A stretch of 64,000 nucleotides of DNA, taken from a virus (taxonomy: Duplodnaviria; Heunggongvirae; Uroviricota; Caudoviricetes). The DNA lies in the IMG/VR virus record IMGVR_UViG_3300021255_002251; one strand, given 5' to 3'. Shown here piece by piece: positions 25,986-33,900 of this stretch. The notes beneath the pieces were generated by a model, which made no database searches, was not told where the DNA came from, and was given only the letters and a program-made list of their open reading frames with translations. Position 1 is the stretch's first letter, and every line of letters begins with the position of its first letter. A program made the position numbers and the translations under genes.

Positions 25986-28900
25986 CTAAGTCCTCTTTTC
26001 CATTTTCTCCAAGACATTTGCAACGGCATTGGCAACGATTGTCATGTTGTCTGGGGCTTCGTCGTGTCCAAACCTAATGCGGTTGAATTTCTTCTGGACT
26101 TCCGCCCGCTCCTTCTCGTTCTTGGAATACTTGCGAACATGCTTGTATTCCGCCTCCGCTTTCTTGCCCTCTTCCGTTAGGCCATAAGTGCCGTCTTCAT
26201 TCTTCACGAACCCCTGATAGTCCGGGTGTGTCGTGTCAACGTCAATCTGGGCTTCTGGCTCAATGTACTCCTTGCCCTTCTCATCCGTCTTGATGAAGAT
26301 TCTTCCATAGGAGCCGTTAGATGGGTGTCTGATGAACACCACACCGTTCTTGGTGCGGGCTGGCGCCTTAAACTGGTTGTCCGTCACGAATTCCCATCCA
26401 GCAGGAAGAAGGTTCTCCATCTGTTTTACCTGTTGCGGAGTTACCTTTGAAGTAGCCTTGAAGCCTGGTGCTCCATAGAACTTCTGCTCACGAACGGTAG
26501 AGCGTAGTTTCTCATCCTTCTGTGCCTGTTCCTGCTGTTCCGCTTCAGCCTTATCCTCATCTGGAGATTCTGGTGCGGCTTCTTGTGTCTTCGTGGCTTC
26601 CTCTCCTGCAGGCTTTTCCTCCTCTGGTTCGAAGATGTTAAGCATATCTTCCGCAGAGCCACCCGCCTCGAACTTCGCTTTGGCTTCGTTGAACCTCTTC
26701 TTTAGGGCTTTCCTCTCTTCACGGAGCTTCTGCTTGTCCCTTACCTTTGTGTTTGGCTTTGATAGGGCTTTCTCGATGCGCTCTCTTTCGGCATTGAAGG
26801 TCTCTTCAATGTCCTTCATGGTGGCGGCGGGAGAGTCCTCATCATCGTCACCATTTTCCTCTGGAGTGGGGGATTCTCCCTCTTCACTTTCCCCTTCTGG
26901 AGAGCCACCATCCATTGATTCGTCTTCTGGAGGAGGGAACTTCATATCGACAAGCGCCATCTTCGTGTTGAAGTCAGAATCCGCCTTTTCAAGTGCTTTT
27001 TGAAGCTTCTTCTGGGCATCCGCCGTATCCTCTCCCTGGTTGTAGGTATCCCATGCTTTCGCTTTGGCTGCATCTCTTACCTTGGAGAGGGTCGCTATTG
27101 CATCATCCCTAGAACCGTCCTTGCGCCAATCCGTATTCTCCTCTTTCGGGGTTTCTTGTGTAGGAGATTCGCTGCTTCCCAAAGGGGCTTTTGCTTCCTT
27201 CACTTCTTCGAACTTGACTTTTATTTTGTTGTCTTTTAGTGAAGGGTCGCTACCCTTTTCGGGAATTTGCATAGACAGGAGATGATTTACAATCTTGTCC
27301 CCATTCGTATTCGCCATTTCCTCATTGACAAATGCAACCCGATTTAAGACGCTAGACCTACCCGCCTGATCGAACCCTGATTTTGTCAATGTCTCGGTCA
27401 TGAATGCGACTTTCCCATTTCCAAGATTTACCCTAACTACAAAACTATCTGGAATAATGCCATCAGAATTACGTACTTTTTCCGCACCAGCTTCAACAAT
27501 GGCATTAAGATCCTCTATGTCAATTCCTTCTGGTCGGCCTTGCCATTCATATCCCTTATCAGCAGCATATGTTGCTATAGGAATCTCAACTTCTCCATCT
27601 GGCAGTTCTTTCTGTGTTGGGAAAGCTGCATTAGCTGATTTCACTTGTAAATTAGCTGTAGGAATGCTAGATGATTCATTCCCTTTTTCCCCACCCGAAT
27701 TTTTTTTAGGCGGTGAGGCTTTCCAATGCTTCTCGCCGTTCACATTTTCTTCCGTAATCTCCCAATCCGACGGGAAAGCATTCTTGAAAGCATCCATGAA
27801 TCCTTCCTCGGCCACCATCGAGACAGAGTTGCCCTTCTTCACGGCAGCGGCAATTGCATCCAGATGTTCCTGCGGAAGTTGCGGCCCTTCTCCACCACCC
27901 GAATCTCCTCCTCCGTCGGTTGGCGTCGGAGCACCCTTCATGTTGTCCCGATAGTATGCTGGTATTGCCGCTACTTCCTTGTCGGAGATGAAGCATCCGC
28001 GCCCTCTCGTCTGCTTGCCCTCCTTGTCGGTCATTATGAAGTCTCCGCTTCCCGCAAGACTCTTTGCCGCAGCAGATGCCTTTGCATCGTCTGGGGCCGC
28101 CTTGAAAGCGATAGAAGCCGGAGCATTAGCCTTTATGTCTCCCGGAATGGAGGCAACATCAGCCCGCTGCGTGGCGAGTAGACAGTTGATGCCGACAGAA
28201 CGGCCAAGAGCCATAATCTGGCTCAAGTCCTGCTTCACCCTGTCTGAAACTTCGGGATTCTTCATTATGGAAGCAACCTCGTCGAATGTCATAAGGACAT
28301 GAGGCATCTTCTCCTCTGGGTGTAGCTTGTTGTATTCCGTAATGTTCCTGTCAGAGTTGCCTTGGAACTCGTTCTTCGTCGGATCGAAGTCCTTCACCGC
28401 ACCGCCTATCTTGGCGATGCGATCATCCATGAGCGCCTTAAGCGAACTCACTACGTTCGCTATGTCCTGCGGCTTCTGTGCTCTTGGATATAGAAGATGA
28501 GGAGAACCGTCCTGCGAACGGAATTCGTTCTTCGGGTCTAGGAGAACTAGCCGTGCCTCATCTGGCGTCTTTGCCATCTCTAGGGAGTTTATCGCCGCCA
28601 TTAGGAACACGGACTTGCCGGAACCAGATTCGCCCGTCACGATTGTATGAGGCTGCTTGGCTAGGTCTAGGTTGACGTTCTTTCCAGATGAATCCTTGCC
28701 CAATGTCACAGGAAGTCCCGCCTTGTCCGCAAAGTCCTTCCATTCGTCGCTCGCTATGCAGGAGGAGAAACTTACGTCCCTCATCTTAAGGTTAGTAACC
28801 TGCACGGCTACCACATGAGGCTTTCCGTCAGCATATTCTATCTTGGATACGGGCGTCCCCAATGCGCCCTTAAGCGATTCCTTGACCTTCTTGCTGTTGG

Positions 28901-30926
28901 CTGCCGTAATGTCGAAAGCGGGATCTACCTTGAACTCTATCGTTGTCGCAGACGGCCCTACGCTTATGGATTCTATGTCTCCTACGGGTAGCCCTTGAGC
29001 TCCTAGGCTCTCCTGCAGGACGGAGGCAACCTGGTCCCCGAAAGCCTTGTCCGCATCAAAGTCCTTTGGCGGGTCAAGTATGGAAATCGGTGGCTTCCCT
29101 CCCTTGTAGTCGTTCGGAAGCGGCTTGAATGGTTCACCGAGTTTTGGCTTGTCCATCTCTCCGAGTTCCTTGGAATACTTCTCCTTCCAAGCCTGGAACT
29201 GCTTGACCGCCGCCATGTTGTCCTTCGGAGACTTTGCCTGCGAAATCATGTCCTGTATGACGGCAAGCTCCATCTTCGCATCGTCGGGCAGCCCTTCCTT
29301 CGCTGCATAGTTGGCTATGGTGTTCTTGATAAGAGCGCCCGATATGCCGTCTCTCACCATTTCACCATTCTCAGAGCGCTTCATCTGGTCCCAAGCACCA
29401 GAGATTCTATCCCATCCGGTAATGATTCCCTCTCCGCGAAGACCCGCCATGAAGGAAGAAAGCATCGTGCGGAGGAGCCCCTTGCCAGAGACATCGGTAT
29501 AGACGGTGCCGCCTACCTGATACTTGTTCTTCCCTACTTGGAACTCCGAGTCGTTAGGGGTAGGTGTCCCCTGATGTGCAGGCGCTCCGCCCTTGTTCTT
29601 GTTGGGTGGAGTTGTAGGGGGTGTTTCCGAAGGTGGAGTAGTAGGTGGAGTCTCAGATGGAGGTTCGCTACCATCGCCTCCTTCACCTCCGCCGCCGCCC
29701 TCTCCAGAACCATCGGCTGGTGGCGAAGGAGGTGTAGGAGATTCACTTCCCAATGGTGTTTCTTTGACTTCTTCACTAGCAGAACTTTCAGAAGAAACGT
29801 CACTCATTCCTTCGTCGCCAAAGAACATCCTCTGCAATGCTTGGTACTGGTTCGCCAAGTCCTTGAACTCTGGGCTATCGTCCTTTAATCCGCCAACAAG
29901 CCACTCTATGTCAACCATCTTCTGGAAGATTTCTTTCTTCTCTGGATTGGCCGCAAGAACCATCGCCTCATCAGGCTTTATATTTCTCGAACTCTTTCCA
30001 TCGCTTGTTGTTATTGTCTCGACTTGTGCTGCCGATTCACCAATTTGTCCGCTCTCACCACCAATCTCTTTTTGGGACGGTTCAAAATGAACAGTCCCAT
30101 CCCCATGGTCTACTTCAACATAATCTGGGTGCTGTTCCTTGAATAGATTTGCTCCTGCCCCATCCTTCTTGAAATCAACAGACCTGCCCTTCTCTTTAAG
30201 TCTAGCTTCTGCCGCTTCATGGATTCCATCTCCGAAAGCTTCAAACCCTTTTTTAATGGCTGCGGCTGTTTCTTCCTGTGGAGACGATGTTATCGTCCCG
30301 TCCTCTACCTTGTCCTTCAGTTCCTGTAGAGACTCTTCGGCTAGTGTGTTCCCAGACGCCGCCTGCTCCGTAAGATTCTCCAATATCCCCTCTTGAACCG
30401 TTGTCTGTGCTGGCAGTTCTCCAGCCTCCGTCTGGACCATCTTTGTCTCAGGAAGCATCTCTGACGGAATTTGCTCCATCATCTGCGGATTCTGTGCTAT
30501 CTGCTGCGCCTGCTGCTCTAGCATCTCTGGGCTTTGCGGTTGCGGCTCCATTCCCTCTTGCGGCTGTGCTCCACCTTGCCCGAACTTGGCCGCCTCTGCG
30601 GTGTGCATCCCGATAGCCTGCTGCATTGCTGTTGTAGGATCTAATCCCCGAGACTGCTCGAGTTCCTTCGCCATCTTTTTGATGTACGGGCACCTCTCTG
30701 GGTGTCCGTTCTTCGTGGCTTCGCATCCTTCTTGGATATGCTGTGAAAGAGACTTGTCGCCCCCAGAAGTAGGATTTGCACCAGGGGCCGCAGCCGCATT
30801 CTTCTTCAATCCGCTAGGTGCATTTGGCTTCTGCGGAAGGGTGTTCTTCGGCATATTGTTTCCCGGCATGGCATCCATCACGAATGCCTCGTCAAAAGCC
30901 TGCGCAAATGCTTCTTTAACTGTCAT
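25986..30926 (-). CDS. Giant putative virion-internal protein containing an FtsK/SpoIIIE DNA-translocase motor (about 27950-29040)
   Basis: Alpha-domain-like SISVGPSATTIEFK..AVQVTN; Walker A PHTIVTGESGSGKS; LVLLDPK; Walker B HVLMTFDE; LGRSVGINCLLATQR; IKAN..SIAF. No TM segment or gamma domain seen. Confidence 0.85.
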   Translation of the reverse strand: MTVKEAFAQAFDEAFVMDAMPGNNMPKNTLPQKPNAPSGLKKNAAAAPGANPTSGGDKSLSQHIQEGCEATKNGHPERCPYIKKMAKELEQSRGLDPTTAMQQAIGMHTAEAAKFGQGGAQPQEGMEPQPQSPEMLEQQAQQIAQNPQMMEQIPSEMLPETKMVQTEAGELPAQTTVQEGILENLTEQAASGNTLAEESLQELKDKVEDGTITSSPQEETAAAIKKGFEAFGDGIHEAAEARLKEKGRSVDFKKDGAGANLFKEQHPDYVEVDHGDGTVHFEPSQKEIGGESGQIGESAAQVETITTSDGKSSRNIKPDEAMVLAANPEKKEIFQKMVDIEWLVGGLKDDSPEFKDLANQYQALQRMFFGDEGMSDVSSESSASEEVKETPLGSESPTPPSPPADGSGEGGGGGEGGDGSEPPSETPPTTPPSETPPTTPPNKNKGGAPAHQGTPTPNDSEFQVGKNKYQVGGTVYTDVSGKGLLRTMLSSFMAGLRGEGIITGWDRISGAWDQMKRSENGEMVRDGISGALIKNTIANYAAKEGLPDDAKMELAVIQDMISQAKSPKDNMAAVKQFQAWKEKYSKELGEMDKPKLGEPFKPLPNDYKGGKPPISILDPPKDFDADKAFGDQVASVLQESLGAQGLPVGDIESISVGPSATTIEFKVDPAFDITAANSKKVKESLKGALGTPVSKIEYADGKPHVVAVQVTNLKMRDVSFSSCIASDEWKDFADKAGLPVTLGKDSSGKNVNLDLAKQPHTIVTGESGSGKSVFLMAAINSLEMAKTPDEARLVLLDPKNEFRSQDGSPHLLYPRAQKPQDIANVVSSLKALMDDRIAKIGGAVKDFDPTKNEFQGNSDRNITEYNKLHPEEKMPHVLMTFDEVASIMKNPEVSDRVKQDLSQIMALGRSVGINCLLATQRADVASIPGDIKANAPASIAFKAAPDDAKASAAAKSLAGSGDFIMTDKEGKQTRGRGCFISDKEVAAIPAYYRDNMKGAPTPTDGGGDSGGGEGPQLPQEHLDAIAAAVKKGNSVSMVAEEGFMDAFKNAFPSDWEITEENVNGEKHWKASPPKKNSGGEKGNESSSIPTANLQVKSANAAFPTQKELPDGEVEIPIATYAADKGYEWQGRPEGIDIEDLNAIVEAGAEKVRNSDGIIPDSFVVRVNLGNGKVAFMTETLTKSGFDQAGRSSVLNRVAFVNEEMANTNGDKIVNHLLSMQIPEKGSDPSLKDNKIKVKFEEVKEAKAPLGSSESPTQETPKEENTDWRKDGSRDDAIATLSKVRDAAKAKAWDTYNQGEDTADAQKKLQKALEKADSDFNTKMALVDMKFPPPEDESMDGGSPEGESEEGESPTPEENGDDDEDSPAATMKDIEETFNAERERIEKALSKPNTKVRDKQKLREERKALKKRFNEAKAKFEAGGSAEDMLNIFEPEEEKPAGEEATKTQEAAPESPDEDKAEAEQQEQAQKDEKLRSTVREQKFYGAPGFKATSKVTPQQVKQMENLLPAGWEFVTDNQFKAPARTKNGVVFIRHPSNGSYGRIFIKTDEKGKEYIEPEAQIDVDTTHPDYQGFVKNEDGTYGLTEEGKKAEAEYKHVRKYSKNEKERAEVQKKFNRIRFGHDEAPDNMTIVANAVANVLEKMEKRT
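29605..29666 (-). repeat. Pro/Thr linker repeat (PSETPPTT x2)
   Basis: SEPPSETPPTTPPSETPPTTPP in the 1646-aa protein, synonymously diverged at DNA level. Confidence 0.7.
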
Positions 30927-30962
30927 CTCTAAATCCTCTCAAAATGCCAAAAATGCAAATGG

Positions 30963-33900
30963 TCATGTACTCTTCGCCCCTAAGATTTGAGCAACCGCTC
31001 GTTCCATCTCTTCACGACTTCCAAGAGACTTAAGTTTTGAGAGAAGTTCGTCTGGATTGACATCTGGATGGAGGCGCTTCATCATATCAATGAAACTGGA
31101 AGCACCTGAGACATCGCCTCTGATGTCGTCACCAGAATCAAAGCGGCGGGAGAGCGGAATCACATTGCCGTTGTCGTCGTATGTCACGGGGTCGGCGGAC
31201 TTGACCTGCCTTGCTGACATCACCGCATATTCTATAACTTTTCCCATCTCATCTTCTGGGTGCTCACCAAAATATCCATCGTATTTCAGCAGCGACATTC
31301 CCTTAGGAGTGATTTTCAAAACTCCGTCATCCCCGAATTCAAATTCATTTTCCCCCGTTTTTATTGCATCCTCATATTGTTTTGTGAATTCATCGATCCG
31401 ATCAGAGCTCCTGCCATGCAGAGCCTTTCTACCTCCGTCATTCATGTCTAACGGATTCATTAGATTTACAAAACACGAAATTTTGTTCTTTCCGTATTGA
31501 GGTTGCTCTCTATCAGCAAAAAACAATCCAGGCAATCCATCCCATTCAATAGGCCCTTCCCAAGGAACAGCGGGAACTGTCCAAGAGGAATCTGTATTAT
31601 GGAAAACGATTTTTGGCAATCCATCATCTGCAACCACCTTTGTATTGGGGAATGCCCTCCCCGCAACCTCACGAACCATCTTCGCAGCGGTCTCCATGTC
31701 CCCCTTCTTCACCGCCTCCATGTATGCCGCATCCTCTGCGGCGGACACAATCGGCTTCTTGACTATGCTCTTCCTCTCTCCCCCATCTTCTCTTTTCTCA
31801 CCTTTGCTGATACTGCCCAATGTTTTCCCGCTCGTCATCTGTTTCACCATGAAGTCAGAAAACTCATCGGTTGACATCTGGTCTATGCCAGATGTATCCA
31901 CATTGTTAAGCCCAGCCGCAGACACTAGCCCTCTCCATGCCTCTTTAACTACTCCCCAGAACCGCTGATACCACCTTCGCCCTCCCCGCGACTTGTTAAT
32001 CTCTTCTATCGCTTTTGAAGTCTTATGCCCTATGATATGAGCCCACACCTCTTCTCTCTGTACTTCCTTGTCTTCCCCTTCGTAGTTAGCCTTTACTTCG
32101 TCCCATACTGGTTTCGCCGTAGGTGAATCGACAACTTCGTTCATCTTCTTGAGAAGGGAATCGTTGCCATTTCTTGCCATCTGCTCAGCATACTGCCATG
32201 TCGCATGTCCGCAAAGTTCATGCCCTATCGTGTCTGCATCCGCCCCTTCATATAACACAACCTCATTAGTATTCCGATTATAAGTCCCTACAACTTCGCC
32301 ATTATTATCACGAAAACTTATGACTTCTCCCGATTCTCCTTTTTTTTCGTCTCCCCCCTTTACACCCGAAGGCATATCTGGTATAATTTCTCCCAGTTGT
32401 TCGGCGGAGAAATCTTCCTCCATAAGAACACCATGGGTCTTGAGGATTGAGTCTCTTGGCAATTGCAGCCTCTGAGCAGATTTCTTCAAGCCCTTTTTGC
32501 TTACATATCTCAAATATCCTTCGTCTATCCACTGCTGCAAATTATCAGGCTTCTGCCCGTAAGCCGAGGCAATTGTGTTTTCCCTAGCAGTACCTGATGC
32601 CTCTCTATCTAGTTTCAATGGGACAACAGATTTTGCATTCCCATGCTTATCTAAAAGATTCGTCAGAATTACTATCGCATTGGGGTCTGACTTTGAATCA
32701 AAAACGGCAACAGGATTATCTAGATCAAGTAGAAGGTTACGAAGTTCCGAAATCGGTATCTCATGGTACTCATAAAGGCTATTCCTTATATTCCCTATCA
32801 TCTTATGTATGGTGCCGCCCATAATCGTGATGGGTCGGTCTGGGACTCCTAATCTCCTTAGCACTGCAGGAGTGTGTTCTAACAGTGTATGGTGCCTTGT
32901 AGCATCTGCCCCCGCTGTTTTGTGTTCAAAGGCATCTAGGATTCGATTCCAATTGTCCTGCTCACTTTGTCTAATGCTCTTGCGGGTATTTGAAGAATCC
33001 ATTTCATGTGGTTTGTCAGAAAACCTAATGGAGACTCCTTTAATGAAGGATTTTAGTTTATTGGCGATTTTAGCTAAGTTCTTTCGGCTTGAATTCTCTT
33101 TAGACAATTCGTCAGCCTTATCTGTTTCGGTCTCTGTCTTCAACTTATTGCGGAACTTGCAGGTATCTCCTTCATGGTAGCCGCCGGGGTGGTGTCGCCT
33201 ATCGTGTTCCTGCAATGTCTGGTCTTTCAGGGTGTCGGCATCCTCCACCAATGCTTCATACAATTCATCCTGTGCAGTCTTGTCCTTCTCTATCTTACCG
33301 CTCTCCATTATGCGGGCAAACTCCGCAGCCATCTCTTCTGGTGAATCTAGCCTCGTTAGATAGGCCAAAATAGCCATTGGATCTATGTCTGAATGGTGCT
33401 TATTCATCAGTTCCTGATAGTCGAACATCTTCTGCCCATCCACATACTTCTTGTCTATCCGTATGTTGTCATTTCGAAAGGAGACATAATCCCACCCAAC
33501 TTCATTACCATCCTTAATTGGCTTCTTATAACTATCAACTGGATATTTGATGCCATCTATGCCAGAATTCGCTAAGGCTATAGATGCATCTTTAGGGGTT
33601 CCAAAATGCGAAACCATAAACCGATACAATTCTTCACCCGTTCTTTCTCCAATCTGCTGTTGCCATGCGTCAATTAATTTCTGCCTTTTCTCCTCATTAT
33701 ATTTTCCTGAACCCTTCAACTTCTCCAAAAATGGATTCACTATTGCTTCTATTGCTCTTTTCTTGTTGTCCTCACTTATAGGATCGTACCAACTTAACAA
33801 GTGGCTTTCGTCTCCTTCTGGTCTGTTTGTAAAAAATGTCTGTTCATAAATCCATTCGTGGGGCATGTCATATTCATGCCCATGGTCCTTAAGTTCTTGT

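Noticed and set aside
29590-29730. CRISPR-like or tandem array
   Set aside because: Only a Pro/Thr/Gly coding linker with two imperfect units; no spacers or constant repeat.
7852-30990. Long plus-strand ORFs (e.g. 10259..11065, 21703..22923, 23398..24480)
   Set aside because: These are antisense shadows of codon-biased minus-strand genes, with low-complexity translations and no motifs or RBS.
27700-32347. Other A8 runs in the giant ORFs (27700-27707, 32340-32347) as frameshift sites
   Set aside because: They lie mid-ORF in an uninterrupted frame, with no alternative ORF needing them.
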